Origin: Antedon mediterranea
Lineage: Eukaryota; Animalia; Echinodermata
Reading direction: 5' to 3'
DNA length: 64,000 bases
NCBI RefSeq assembly: GCF_964355755.1
Contig: NC_092678.1
Span: forward strand, 22,647,365 to 22,711,364
The translations under genes were made by a program, and so were the position numbers. The notes under the pieces were generated by a model. That model was not told the DNA's origin, ran no database searches, and saw nothing but the letters and a program-made list of their open reading frames with translations. The stretch's first letter is position 1. Every line of letters begins with the position of its first letter. Of the stretch, positions 26,479-39,027 are shown piece by piece.

Positions 26479-29400
26479 TTAATGATAGAACGAGACAAAA
26501 CGCTGAGGGAAATGAACATGTCTACCAGAACGAGTAGTACGGGGAGGGGTTGCCAAAATGGGTGACGGGTTGGTTGGTTTGACTAGGGGTGATGCTTGTA
26601 GCTTGGGAGTGAGGGTTTGCTCTTGGCTTTTAAATATATCAGTATCCAAATGAGCTACCTTTAAGCGATCAATACTGACTGTGTCCTGTCGACCATTTAG
26701 ATCGAGAACAAAGTGTTTGTCTGTTCGACTTAATACCTTAAATGGACCATCATATGGACGTTGTAAGGGTTTTCGAACAGAGTCCCTTCGCACAAAAACA
26801 TGGGTACAATTAAATATTTCTTGATTGATATAGGATTTACGGTTAGAGTTGGTGCGGGTAGGTGTGGGACGTAGTTTACTCATATTATCACGCAATCTAT
26901 CAATATAATTAGAATAATCACAATGTTCAGAGTTTGAATTAAAGAATTGTCCAGGTAATCTTAAAGTAGTGCCATAAACAAGTTCAGCTGCACTATGACC
27001 TAGATCAGCCTTAAGGGCTGTACGAATGCCTAAAAGTACTATAGGTAAATGTTCTGTCCATTTAGTGTGATCATTATGTGCTTTGAGAGAACCCTTCAAA
27101 TGTCGATGAAAACGTTCTACAAGTCCGTTCGCAATAGGATGGTAGGCAGTTGTATGAATGTGCTTAGTTCCTAGTAAGTTGGCGAGTGAATGAAATAATG
27201 CAGATTCAAATTGTCTTCCTCGATCTGTTGTAATGGTTGAAGGTATTCCGAATGAAGCGATCCATCGATTGACAAATGCGTGTGCGACAGTATCGGCTGT
27301 GATATCCGGAATAGGTACGGCTTCGGGCCATCGAGTAAAACGATCGATAAAAGTGAGTAAATAAGAAAAACCATTTGACGGAGGGAGAGGTCCAACAATA
27401 TCTATATGTACATGGTCAAAACGGGCGTCAGGTGTAGAAAAAGTAGAGAGTGGCGAAACGGTGTGCCGGTGTACTTTGGAACGTTGACATTGAATGCATG
27501 TTTGAGACCATCGTCGTACATCACGATTGATTGCTGGCCATACGAAACGGTCAGTAATTAAACGTTGTGTTGCTCGTATACCAGGATGTGATAGCGAATG
27601 TAGAGTATCAAATATTATGCGTCTGAATTCTTGTGGGATATATGGACGTGGATTGCCTTTGGAAATATCACAAAGAATTGTAGAGTCAGAAGTTGGAATT
27701 GGAAAGTTTTGAAATTGTAGTGAAAACGGTGATTCAAGTAGCTTGTGCAATTCATCGTCATTCTTTTGTGCAGCAGCAATAAGACTAAAATCAACAATGT
27801 TAGTTGTGTTGTGACTGAAAGTATTAAGTTCGATTCGCGACAATGCATCAGCTGCTGCATTAGCTTTTCCACTCACATGGCGTATGTCCGTTGTGAATTG
27901 AGATATGAAATCGAGATGACGGATTTCGCGTGGCGAGTGACGATTTGGTTTGGCGAGTAAAGCATACACAAGTGGCTTATGGTCAGTAAAAATATGAAAT
28001 GAGCGTCCTTCAAGTGAATGACGAAAATGTTTAACTGAAAGGTATGCCGCCAAAAGTTCACGACCAAATGTGCTGTATCGCGTCTGCGCTGGTTTCAACT
28101 TCTGTGAGAAAAATGAAATAGGTTGCCAATTGTTGTCAATGCATTGTTGTAGTATACCCCCTATGGCCACATCAGAAGCGTCAACCATGATACTTAAAGG
28201 TGCATCTGGCTGCGGATGGGTGAGAAATGTAGCACTTGCGAGGGCGACTTTAATATTATTAAATCCCAATAAAGCTGCGTCGGTCCATACCAGATCCTGT
28301 TTCTTACCTGCCCCAACAAGTAGAGCTGTGACAGGTTGTAAAATCTGGGCACACTGCGGTATAAATCGCCTATAAAAGTTAATAAGTCCAAGGAATTCAC
28401 GTAGTTTGCGTAAAGAAGTTGGTTGTGGAAAGTTTTGTATCGCTTCGACCTTTACTTGAAGTGGTCGGACACCTTGCGAATCAACATGATGTCCAAGAAA
28501 CTCGAGTGACGAAACTCCAAATTGGCATTTCGCTGGGTTGAGAACAACGCCATACTCATTAAGACGTGTGAATAGTTGATGAAGATGAGTTTCGTGTTCC
28601 TCGGCGTTGGAACTTGCAACAAGCAGGTCGTCGATATAAGCGTAGCAAAAATCCAATCCACGCGTTACCTGATCAATAAAACGTTGAAAAGTTTGAGCGG
28701 CATTGCGGAGGCCAAATGGCATTCTAACAAATTCAAAAAGTCCAAATGGTGTAGTAATTGCTGTTTTATGAACATCAGCAGGTTCAACTGGTATCTGATG
28801 GTAAGCTCGGACGAGATCAATCTTAGAAAATATAGTGGATCCGTGCAGAGATGCTGTAAAATCGTGCATGTACGGGATAGGATACCGATCTGCAACAGTA
28901 GCATTGTTCAATGCTCGATAATCCCCACAGGGACGCCAATCCCCAGGAGTTTTCTTAGGCACCATATGTAAAGGTGATGCCCAGTTACTTTTAGAGGGGC
29001 GTATAATTCCAAGCTGCATCATGTGTTCAAATTCATGTCTGGCTGTTTTGCAGCGGTCATGTGCGAGCCGTCGAGGATGTGACGAAATTGGTGGACCATG
29101 GGTCTGAATATGATGTGTCACATCGTGTTTTAGCGACGCTTCCTGATAACAAGGGCGTGTAATGTCTGGGAATTTTGTAAGAATGTAGTCCCAATTGGAC
29201 TTAGCCTCAAGGGTGGTAAATATAAGACCGAGAGGCGAAGTTTTGGAGGCGACACCTTGAATACTCAGGTTGGTGGTAGTGTCAATGAGTCGTCGATTAT
29301 TCATATCGACTAACAGTCCAAAATGTCTTAAAAAATCAGCCCCTATGATGGGGTGTGTGACGTCTGCGACAACAAATAACCATTGAGATGTTCGTCTCAA

Positions 29401-29664
29401 ACCTAAGTCTAAGGTTACAGAGCGATGTCCATAAGTGTTGATAGATGTATTATTTGCGGCAGTCAAAGTAGACTCTTGTCGCCTATGTAGACGCTCATGG
29501 CGAGTAGGTGGAACAACGCTAACTTCTGCCCCAGTGTCTATGAGGAAACGTTGTTTGGATAATTGATTAACAATAAAGAAAAGGCGACTTACGATTTGAC
29601 GGCCAGCAACATTCGTCGCATTTAGTTGTCGGCGTTGGAGTTTTCCGAACACGACGGATTGCAT
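26479..29664 (-). CDS. pol: Gypsy Pol (protease, RT, RNase H, integrase), probably expressed by -1 frameshift
   Basis: LIDTGAE, YIDD, DAS, HHCC, integrase D-D-E and PYDGPF. Overlaps the end of gag; GGAAAAC heptamer at 29640-29646. Confidence 0.95.
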   Translation of the reverse strand: MQSVVFGKLQRRQLNATNVAGRQIVSRLFFIVNQLSKQRFLIDTGAEVSVVPPTRHERLHRRQESTLTAANNTSINTYGHRSVTLDLGLRRTSQWLFVVADVTHPIIGADFLRHFGLLVDMNNRRLIDTTTNLSIQGVASKTSPLGLIFTTLEAKSNWDYILTKFPDITRPCYQEASLKHDVTHHIQTHGPPISSHPRRLAHDRCKTARHEFEHMMQLGIIRPSKSNWASPLHMVPKKTPGDWRPCGDYRALNNATVADRYPIPYMHDFTASLHGSTIFSKIDLVRAYHQIPVEPADVHKTAITTPFGLFEFVRMPFGLRNAAQTFQRFIDQVTRGLDFCYAYIDDLLVASSNAEEHETHLHQLFTRLNEYGVVLNPAKCQFGVSSLEFLGHHVDSQGVRPLQVKVEAIQNFPQPTSLRKLREFLGLINFYRRFIPQCAQILQPVTALLVGAGKKQDLVWTDAALLGFNNIKVALASATFLTHPQPDAPLSIMVDASDVAIGGILQQCIDNNWQPISFFSQKLKPAQTRYSTFGRELLAAYLSVKHFRHSLEGRSFHIFTDHKPLVYALLAKPNRHSPREIRHLDFISQFTTDIRHVSGKANAAADALSRIELNTFSHNTTNIVDFSLIAAAQKNDDELHKLLESPFSLQFQNFPIPTSDSTILCDISKGNPRPYIPQEFRRIIFDTLHSLSHPGIRATQRLITDRFVWPAINRDVRRWSQTCIQCQRSKVHRHTVSPLSTFSTPDARFDHVHIDIVGPLPPSNGFSYLLTFIDRFTRWPEAVPIPDITADTVAHAFVNRWIASFGIPSTITTDRGRQFESALFHSLANLLGTKHIHTTAYHPIANGLVERFHRHLKGSLKAHNDHTKWTEHLPIVLLGIRTALKADLGHSAAELVYGTTLRLPGQFFNSNSEHCDYSNYIDRLRDNMSKLRPTPTRTNSNRKSYINQEIFNCTHVFVRRDSVRKPLQRPYDGPFKVLSRTDKHFVLDLNGRQDTVSIDRLKVAHLDTDIFKSQEQTLTPKLQASPLVKPTNPSPILATPPRTTRSGRHVHFPQRFVSFYH

Positions 29665-30554
29665 TTTCGAGCATTTACTCCAAATTTTTCATGGTACCAA
29701 CAGAGTTGAGGAGTGTTGTTTGAATGTTGAGCTGAGCGATTGGTACTGTTAGGTTGAGCAGGAGATGAATGCCTACCACTCGATCGATTTCGATGTCGAC
29801 TTGTGCTGCGACTTTGATATCTGTTGTGCCGTCGGTCAGATTGCAAGGAATTAACTTGCGTTGACAGTTGTTGAATCTGTTTTTGCAGGTTTTCAAGGGT
29901 CGCAGACAAGGAGGGTGTATTGTCCGTGTGTACTGCCGATACACTTGTTGGCGCAGTTGCAGTTACAGATACTTCAATAATTTTGTCAGCCAATGATGTC
30001 AAGCTTCCCAGGTCCAACTCATCCTTGGTTGAAGCTAGGATAAGCTGTACATTAGTTGGGAGGCGACTTAAGAATAGTTGTTTCATAATTGAAGATTCAA
30101 GTGGCCTGTCGCCTAAGAGTTGTAACATCCGTCGGTATAATTGCGACGGTTTCCTATCCCCCAACTCCTCGGCCGTCAGGAGTTGGCGGAGGCGCTGTTG
30201 GTCGGAGTCAGTTGTCTGACGTATTAAGGTATCTTTCAAGTTCACATACCTGTTATCAGTAGGCGGGTTGAGAAGTAGATCCCGAACTTCCTGCGCAATT
30301 TCAGGTTGCAATGATCCGACTAAGTAAGCGTATTTTGTAGCATCTACTGTAATCCCACGCGTTGTGAACTGTGCTTCCACTTGGGTGAACCACAATATCG
30401 GATCATTGGGCCAGTATGGAGGCAGTTTCAACGCTACCGAAGAAATTGGCCTGTTGACGGTTGCTGCGTCAGGAGCGGGCACCACAGGTTGTTCCTGGTG
30501 CTGGGGTTGTGCTGGAGGTTGCGGTAGCTGTCGTTGTTGCTGTTGTCCTTCCAT
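29622..30554 (-). CDS. gag: Gypsy Gag with CHCC zinc knuckle
   Basis: [22 protein letters not shown]; [18 protein letters not shown]. Confidence 0.93.
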   Translation of the reverse strand: MEGQQQQRQLPQPPAQPQHQEQPVVPAPDAATVNRPISSVALKLPPYWPNDPILWFTQVEAQFTTRGITVDATKYAYLVGSLQPEIAQEVRDLLLNPPTDNRYVNLKDTLIRQTTDSDQQRLRQLLTAEELGDRKPSQLYRRMLQLLGDRPLESSIMKQLFLSRLPTNVQLILASTKDELDLGSLTSLADKIIEVSVTATAPTSVSAVHTDNTPSLSATLENLQKQIQQLSTQVNSLQSDRRHNRYQSRSTSRHRNRSSGRHSSPAQPNSTNRSAQHSNNTPQLCWYHEKFGVNARKCNPSCSENSNADN

Positions 30555-30579
30555 TTTAAGTTAAATTCGGTATAAGAAA

Positions 30580-30691
30580 GTCGAGGGTCACCACTTTAGT
30601 ATGGATGAATGACACTCTCAGTTCCATGCTTCTTTAGTCGGGTGTCACCACTTTAGTTCCATGCTTCCTACGTCGGGGTCACCACTTTAGT
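30580..30691 (-). promoter_or_regulatory. Primer-binding site (tRNA-Trp type), present as three copies
   Basis: ACTAAAGTGGTGAC(C/A)CC.. at 30670-30691, 30637-30657 and 30580-30600. Confidence 0.85.
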
Positions 30692-31123
30692 AATTGTCGG
30701 CGCAACGGTAAAATAAAACAACTACTAAATGTATACAGTAAACTATGCAATTTATTCCAAGTGAATCAAGTGAGGATTCTCAATAAATAGATAAAATATA
30801 CAATATACAATGTTTGATAAGACAGAGCAATAAACGGTGTAGCTAAGATGCTGGTTGAGAAAAGAGTGTGTTAATAATGTGGTCAGTGCATGGTAATATT
30901 GGGCTTGGCCCATCTCATCTGACCAATTAGGATTAAGAGAATTAATGTGGTTTTCTGTTAGAGTCATTAACATTCTTAAAATCCATTAGCTAGAAAAGTG
31001 AAGGTAACAGGAAGGTAACCTGTCAATGTGAGGTTAAATAAAGAGATATATAGAGGATGTATAAATAATCAAATTAAAAGTAAATGTTGAATTGTTTAAA
31101 AGCTATGTGGTAGGTCTGCTACA
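30686..31123 (-). repeat. 5' LTR
   Basis: Starts TGTAGCAG and ends TACTAAA on the minus strand. Confidence 0.95.
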
Positions 31124-31476
31124 ATAGGATAAAAAATGTATGTAATATTAATCAATAACACTACAGAATAAAAGTATTCTGTCATTGATGTTGTTATAGA
31201 TAGCTCAGTATATTATAGGCTAGGCCTCAAACCAAGTCTTGGTATAACCAATGTAGACAGGTCTGGATGAAAAATGACTGGTATGACCTAGCTAGTCTCT
31301 AGTAGAAGTAGGATGGGTTGCGCCAAAAGCTAAATTTGTGTGTCTTGCTCGAGCCTACTAGCATATAGCTAGTACTATACTACTAACTAGGCCTAGGGTG
31401 TCACGAAAGCTCAGACCCCCTAAGACCTAAGATCACGAAAGCTAAGACCAACACCTAAGATTACAAATATTTATCT

Positions 31477-32150
31477 TTCGCACCTGCCTTGTATTTTAAC
31501 TCCCAACATTTATTCTGAATACCACACCTTAGAATTGGCACTTTCATGAAAAAGAATCACATAAAAAGTAACAAATACATTTTGAAATTGATGATTTTAC
31601 AGACGTTTTTCTCGCACACAAAATGACTAGCCTACAGTACAGTAGGCCTACCCCATGGGCCATGTTCAATGTTCAATGTTTTTGTTTCTATGGAACGTCA
31701 AAAGAGCAAAAATTATATAGAGGGCTGAAAACTCTGTGGAGTCCATCTACAGTGTGGATGGAACAATGTAAAATTAAAATTGTAATGATAATAGTATAAT
31801 CATGCAAGTACGAAGAAATAGATACTGGCAAATAAATTTTAATTTAAAAATCATGATAAGTTTTTTTGTTTCGTTTTCTTTCTGTTTTTATACTTGTACT
31901 ATTATTGTTGCTCTTTTGGCGCTCCATAGAAACAAAAACATTGAGCATGGGGAGCTCGAGGAGTTAAATTGTCATTACAGTATACAAAGAAACACATCTG
32001 TAAAATCATCAATTTAAAGGATTTATTTATTTGTTATTATGTGTTTCTCCTTCTGAAAGTACTTATAAGTCCTAATTTTAAAGTGTGGTGTTCAGGATAA
32101 AGTTAGTCAACAAATTTGGAGTCAAAATACAAGAAAGGCAGGTGCGTAAA
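31477..32150. mobile_element. Degenerate fold-back MITE
   Basis: Inverted arms TTTCGCACCTGCCTTGTATTTTAACTCC / GGAGTCAAAATACAAGAAAGGCAGGTGCGTAAA, with further internal symmetry. Confidence 0.6.
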
Positions 32151-32156
32151 AAAAAC

Positions 32157-33956
32157 TAGTCTGGGTTCCAGACGGAGTTTTGTCTTAATATTAGTAAAAA
32201 GATAAATATTTTGGCACATATGGCGTTTCATACGTATACTACTTGATTTTGGATACTCCGTCTGGGGAAACACGCACAAGTCACGTGGTTTGACACCAAG
32301 AATTCTTGGTGCATACGATTATCCGGTTGACTAGTTTCAGCTGCATGCGATTGGCTACTCACTCGTACACCGTATTAATATTCATATTTCAGAATTTCAA
32401 AGACTCAACAACTATAAAGATGATGCGCATGCGCTATGTTACGTTTAGACAATGTGTACTTGGGTACATTTATGAAAGTTTCTGACGGGGTTTCTGAAGG
32501 CTAGAAATAATTTTATATGCCTAGTAGTCTGGTAAACATTTGATGGGATTTTTCCCAAGAACATGAAAACTCGTCTTGATATGATAGGCTATGCTTCTCA
32601 GCTCCGCAAATCAAACATTGAATGGATCATTATTACGCGGAGATAATTTTGATTTAATTCCCACCCAGACCCTGTCCTGTTCTGTTCCTGCCAACACTTA
32701 TTGTCATCAATAAATCTATTGTATTTTTGTTTGTTAAATTTGTTGTGTAATTCATACTAGATAACAGCTATACTTGACTATACTTTCATTTTCAATTGAA
32801 TGATAATGTACTTTTATTGTTTAGTACAAAAATTAGGTCACCTTTGTTGGTAAATTTGAAATAGAACACACATTTTCAATTTCAACAAAGATAACAAAAA
32901 ATATAGTTTCATGTTTACTTACTTAATATATGAAACTACAAATTACAAATGATTTAGGATCTTGAGACCTTTTTCAAATAAACAGTTAAACAAAGTTAAA
33001 GATATATTGTTCCCCTGAAAATTTTTTTTTTAAATGTTGGGGAATATGTCATTTTATTGTCACATGACAGTTTGTTATAACTGGATTGAAAAAAATTATT
33101 TACCTGAAAAAAATACTTTTAAAATTGTCTGTCAGACAATGAGTTTTTGGTTGAAATTAACCGTTTATTTTGTCTTTTTATATTAGTGAAATAATTATTT
33201 TTATTTGTTTTTTTTCCCGTATATTTCTACAGAAGTGAATAACTTCATTAAACCTTCAAAATGGCCTAATAAAATCTTATTTTATTAATCTTCATTTTTC
33301 ATGTATTTTTAAAACTGATGTATTGTTTGTGACCTACGATGTATTGTTCGTAACCTATGATGTTTTGTTCGTAGCCTACGATGTTTTGTTCGTAGCCTAC
33401 GATGTTTTGTTCGTAGCCTACGATGTTTTGTTCGTAGCCTACGATGTATTATAATTATCTACACATCATCATACACAAAATAATCATCATAAATAAAGCA
33501 CTAAAAAATGTGGTGGTGTAGCCCTGTTGTTGTGTGCCGCCGGTGGTGGTATGTAGGCCTACTTTATTGGCGTTTTATTTGGCAGGTCATACGTGCGAGT
33601 TGAGTAGGACCTACGAAAGAGGCCTAGGCCAAGGACTAAACAATTAATAAACAAAACAACTTGGCATTACTATTTTATATTTCAACAGTCTCGATCGTAC
33701 ATTCAGCACTGTACGTACTCGATCTTTTTCATTTTGAAACAAAATGATCATTGGTTGATTCGAAATCCATATTTACATACCGCCCGCCCCATATAGCCAA
33801 ATACGGTATGATAACCTACGTCATTCTTATCGGATGTTTGCGGTCTGCAAATCGATTTCTATACGTGTTTCACAAGTCTGTATTTTCAGACAAAATCGCG
33901 GTCGAAATAAAAAAAAAAAAAAAAAAAAAAGATAATACAGATTTGGGGCAAGTCTA
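32157..33956 (+). mobile_element. AcademH-like non-autonomous element, copy 1 (about 820-bp insert at 32686-33508)
   Basis: Termini TAGTCTGGGTTCCAGAC / GGGGCAAGTCTA. Homologous to 35263-36243 and 45840-46798. Confidence 0.6.
33320..33450. repeat. 21-bp minisatellite (CGTAGCCTACGATGTTTTGTT)n
   Basis: About six direct units. Confidence 0.9.
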
Positions 33957-34117
33957 GAAAATTTAGTAAGAAAATTTCGATTCAAATGGCGACCAAATAA
34001 TAGCAGTATTGCAATGCCATATCTCAGTGTTAAGTTTATTCTCAAAGGGCCCATAAATTTACCTACTTGTGTTAAACCATGGAGGGCTCATAAATTTACC
34101 TACAAACCAGGAGTCTG

Positions 34118-34585
34118 AGAGATTGGAATGTTCCATTCATCGCAAATCAATACATTTGTATAAACGTATATTAAATCTATCAAAATAGTATTTTTTAAAG
34201 AAAATCGGCCTGTCTTCAACATTATGATACTGTACTCGAGCTGTTCAACCGGTTTTCAGCTACTAAAAACAATTATCGTAGGAGGAGATAGGAAAATGCG
34301 AAGCATCCTCGTATTATTGTGTGCAGGTATTTTTTAAGAGGACATCCATTAGACAGTGTATACTACGGTCGGAAAACACCCCTATTTGGGGCAAATAGTT
34401 CAACCTAAATTCGTTTTAATTGTCAATAACTAATTATCTAACTCAATTTAATTAGTAAACAGGGTTACATCTGGTGGTTTAAATCAGTACCGAGATTCTA
34501 ACCAACTTTATATACCATCGAGTAAACATTCTAGAAATAACGCGCGATTTACCGAATTTTGCCCTTAGGTAAATTTATATATAGA
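34118..34585 (-). mobile_element. Helitron family A, 5' fragment
   Basis: Reverse complement of 23058-23510, including the TCTATATATA terminus. Confidence 0.85.
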
Positions 34586-35262
34586 TTCTTAGAAATTACT
34601 ATACAAATATGAGTGTGCATGATTTCACAATCTGTCGAAAAACCTTGCGCAATTTGCAGATTACTTGCGCAATTTAATACGTTGCTTGCGCAATTTGAAA
34701 CACATGTTTCAATTCAAATTGCGCAAGGATTTTTTTTGCGCAATTTCAAATTGCGCAAATCGCGCATAACATTGCCATGCTGTGTAGGTTTTTAATATAG
34801 GCCTCCTAGGTAGGCCTAGCCTAGGCTAGGCCTATATATTTTTGTGGCAATACAAGTTGAATATATATGTTTAGCCTGGCTAGCATTAGACTAGCCTCTA
34901 ATGGTAGGCCACCTACCTAGGCTAGGCCTAGGCCTAGGGGTGTCACGAAAGCTCAGACCACAAAAGCTCAGACCCCCTAAGACCTAAGATCACGAAAGCT
35001 AAGACCCAACACCTAAGATTACAAATACTAAGATATACTACAGCTTAAAAACAATACTTGTTTATCCATACATAATTTTAAACACAGTAGGTTTCATTTA
35101 TTACCATAAATATAATTTAATACTACCGCAAAACATAGATAAACTCACATTATTTTCGCCCGTTGAGTAAATGTATATTTTTTCTTTACAACAAACAAAC
35201 TTGACGGGTTGTTTGTTGGTATATATTTACTCCATTGTGTTGGTTCAGAGGATGTTTTTCTT

Positions 35263-36243
35263 TAGACTTGCCCCAAGTCTGTATTATCTTTTTTTTTTTT
35301 TTTTTTTTTTATTTCGACCGCGACTTTGTCTGAAAATACAGACTTGTGAAACACGTATAGAAATCGATTTGCAGACCGCAAACATCCGATAAGAATGACG
35401 TAGGTTATCATACCGTATTTGGCTATATGGGGCGGGCGGTATGTAAATATGGATTTCGAATCAACCAATGATCATTTTGTTTCAAAATGAAAAAGATCGA
35501 GTACGTACAGTGCTGAATGTACGATCGAGACTGTTGAAATATAAAATAGTAATGCCAAGTTGTTTTGTTTATTAATTGTTTAGTCCTTGGCCTAGGCCTC
35601 TTTCGTAGGTCCTACTCAACTCGCACGTATGACCTGCCAAATAAAACGCCAATAAAGTAGGCCTACATACCACCACCGGCGGCACACAACAACAGGGCTA
35701 CACCACCACACAGAACAGGACAGGGTCTGGGTGGGAATTAAATCAAAATTATCTCCGCGTAATAATGATCCATTCAATGTTTGATTTGCGGAGCTGAGAA
35801 GCATAGCCTATCATATCAAGACGAGTTTTCATGTTCTTGGGAAAAATCCCATCAAATGTTTACCAGACTACTAGGCATATAAAATTATTTCTAGCCTTCA
35901 GAAACCCCGTCAGAAACTTTCATAAATGTACCCAAGTAGCCTACACATTGTCTAAACGTAACATAGCGCATGCGCATCATCTTTATAGTTGTTGAGTCTT
36001 TGAAATTCTGAAATATGAATATTAATACGGTGTACGAGTGAGTAGCCAATCGCATGCAGCTGAAACTAGTCAACCGGATAATCGTATGCACCAAGTATTC
36101 TTGGTGTCAAACCACGTGACTTGTGCGTGTTTCCCCAGACGGAGTATCCAAAATCAAGTAGTATACGTATGAAACGCCATATGTGCCAAAATATTTATCT
36201 TTTTACTAATATTAAGACAAAACTCCGTCTGGAACCCAGACTA
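35263..36243 (-). mobile_element. AcademH-like non-autonomous element, copy 2
   Basis: Near-identical inverted copy of 32157-33956 without the insert. Confidence 0.6.
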
Positions 36244-36274
36244 ATTGTTGGCTAGCTTGATTATGTTTTTATTC

Positions 36275-36639
36275 CCCAGCAGGACTGGTGGACGCAGAGT
36301 GGTTTCAGTCACGTGTTTTTAAAATACTATGCTGCCCTCAACGTTTATATTTAGTTAGACTGTACGCCAATTTGTCCATACGCCAGTTTTTGTCCTTTCG
36401 GCAATTTTGTCCTTTCGGCAATTTTTGTCCTTACGCCAATTTTTTTCCTTACGCCAATGTTTGTCCTTACGCCAATTTAACCATACAGCAATTTGTTCAT
36501 ATGGCAATGTGTCTGTGTGTCCGTACGGCAATATTTGTTTGTCACTCGAGGAATTATGTCTCGCCATTAGTTTGCCTTACGGGAGCGGAATTGTTCGTAC
36601 GGCAACGTTTGTCTATTTTGGCCCTAATGGCCTCCCATA
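36275..36639 (-). mobile_element. Inverted copy of the 17191-17555 element
   Basis: Same termini and the same tandem array. Confidence 0.6.
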
Positions 36640-37500
36640 GTACGTGTGTTCTTTGTAACTGCATGTTTATTCTCGAAGAATTTGTGGTTTTAAAATGATA
36701 TTGTTTGTGTCGCGGAGATAGCTAATCCAGATATATTGTTATCTGCAGTTTGTTGTATATTCCAATGTATTGGTGATGAAAAAGAAATATAAAAACAAGA
36801 ACGAACCTTTTGTTGTAGTTTATTGTACAAATATTAAAACGCTTATAATGTAGGACTAGTAAAATAATACTGTAAGCCTAATACATAACGACACAGTATC
36901 GTTCGAATATGGTATACTGTATAGGCCTAGGCCTACATAATCCTGGCGCCACCAGGCTAAATTAGGAGTTGTTATTCAAAACAACTTAAAATGGGAGAAA
37001 GTTGATTACATGGTTAAAAGAGCCAACAAAAAGTAGTTTATGTTGAGTAATAAATGTGATATTCTTGTAGTGTACAAAGGTTATATATATCCTATACTGG
37101 AATATGCTGTTGCACCTTCAGTTGAAGTTTTCGAAGCCCTTTTGAAAATACAGTACTGTTTAGTTCTTTAAGCGCTTTTGGACAATCTGCTTTGATGGTT
37201 AAAAGCGCTATAATATAACAACATAACGTAAATCGGGAGTTTTAAATGTTTGAACTTTTGTTTATTCATGTTAAATATTAATTTAAAATAATAACAAACG
37301 TATTATCTAAATTTGTTTATTTTGCATTTAAAAGAAGACCTTTATCGATGCACTAATAATGTATTAAATTATGTAAACATTCAGGACCAGAGGCCTATTG
37401 TATTATGTATGAATACATTCACCGTGCAAGGCGACAGAACGGAACAGTATTAGGTTTCTGCTAATCACCATGCAATCATTCTTTTTCTAATGTTATATTA

Positions 37501-38798
37501 TTATTCTGTTTCTAAACACTTCATAGATTTGTCTGCGTTAGAACCTAAAAAGCTAATAGTATACTTTCTTACCATGTGTAAATAATCGTTCGTTCTTATT
37601 TTCTTGCATTCCTCGGAATTGAAAGTTTCAATTTTGTTAGACAAGTAAAATCCAGCTAGTGCCTCTGACAATAACTTATATTGATATCGATAAATCTCCA
37701 TAAAAGAATCCTGAACCATAGAAGAATCTTTGTAAACAAATCCTAAGCTTAAGGCTAAGTCAACTAAAGTTTCATTTAATACTAGTTTACATACGTCATC
37801 TTTAGTAAAATGAAGTAAATTCTTTTGTAATCTAATATAACTAAGTTGTCCTAATATTAGAATTGCATTTTTATACTTAGTCGGAAGATTGCCATGTGGT
37901 ATCGCGTTTTCTTTACGCTCATCAGGTCTGTTAATGAACTGATTTAAAATGTTACGGACAATTTCATTAAACAAACGTTTAAAATCTTTAGGAATAATTT
38001 TTTCATTTTTCCAAATAATACACGTTGTAAGTAACAGCATTGGGGATGAAATTATTTCACATATGTTTTTGTGATCACCACTACAAATGCTTGTATCAGT
38101 TGAATCAAGTTTCAATTCTGTAATCAATGACTTACCTAGTTCAAAATTTCCAACATAGTTGAAATATTTATTTATATATTGCTTTTTGTTTTTTGCGGTG
38201 AATCCCTCTAATTTTACATGTACGTCATAATGATTATACAAATATTCAATAAAACCTGGCCGTGAAGTAAGAATAACTGTGCTGTATTCCATTTCTCCTA
38301 TTGTTAATACTTTTGAATTAATCCCAAATCTCAACTCATCTAATCCATCTATCAGAAGGACTATTTCTCTGCCGTGTTCCTCTATAAAGGTTTTTCCTCC
38401 CTCATTTACATCAGTGATTACATCAGTGAAGCTTTGCGGTTCTACTTCTATGTCTCTGACGTTTACAAGAAACAATATTTTACCATCAAACGTAGTATCG
38501 TTATTTGTAGCCCAGTTATAAGATATATATTGAAGTAATGTTGTCTTTCCAATTCCCCCATTTCCAGTAATCAATACCTTACATGGTTCTCTGGACTTTA
38601 TAAAGCTCAATAATTCTTGAAATGTGTGCTTTGTTTTATCTTTAAAATTTTCCTTTTTTGTAGTGGTATACATTTCTAGTTCAGTAAACATCTGTGACAA
38701 ATCATAGTTAGATTCTACATCCAACATCGGCGGTGTTCGTATTTTTTTTTGGTATGCTTGTTTCTGTTGTGCTGTTAACATATTTCGAATAGTCTCAT
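37501..38798 (-). CDS. NACHT NTPase exon of NLR gene B, ending before the LRRs (possibly a pseudogene)
   Basis: TTTTCAG acceptor; Walker A GNGGIGKTT; Walker B LLIDGLDE; ILTSRP; SPMLL; HD1/WH region. Homology to the paralogue stops at NADK. Confidence 0.88.
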
Positions 38799-38937
38799 CT
38801 GAAAATGACGAATATTCGCAATGAAAAAAAAATACAATCGAAAATATAGGCCTATAGTGCAGGAAATAGCAACGTCACATTTGAAATAGGCTTAAAATTA
38901 TAAAATAAGCTCAACTTAATTAATATAATTATATTAC

Positions 38938-39027
38938 CTTCTCTTAATTTGTGGTCTGGATATTTGTTTGCAAAAACGTGGATTGTTATGACACCCAAGA
39001 TTAACAAAACAACGACCATTAGTAAAG
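38938..39027 (-). CDS. Phase-1 linker exon of gene B (90 nt hydrophobic, or only the last 18 nt)
   Basis: Donor AAG|GTAATA. Two candidate acceptors: TTTATAG (exon starts 39027) or TATCCAG (exon starts 38955). Confidence 0.5.

Larger units (their letters stand above)
26018..31123 (-). mobile_element. Intact Ty3/Gypsy LTR retrotransposon, CsRN1-like lineage
   Basis: Two 438-bp LTRs. 4-bp TSD ATAG at 26014-26017 and 31124-31127. PBS TGGTGACCCCGACGT (tRNA-Trp type). PPT just inside the 3' LTR. gag and pol are both open. Confidence 0.96.
21814..31390 (+). mobile_element. Two-gene PIF/Harbinger-group transposon; right end not found, end coordinate approximate
   Basis: Starts abruptly at AGAGAGTTTACGAAACACGACGG where the LINE stops. 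Carries convergent transposase and Myb/SANT genes. Confidence 0.7.

Noticed and set aside
32157-36243. Simple inversion by recombination between the two inverted AcademH-like copies
   Set aside because: Only one swapped flank pair roughly matches (AAAAAAAAC vs AAGAAAAAC, low complexity); the other pair does not.
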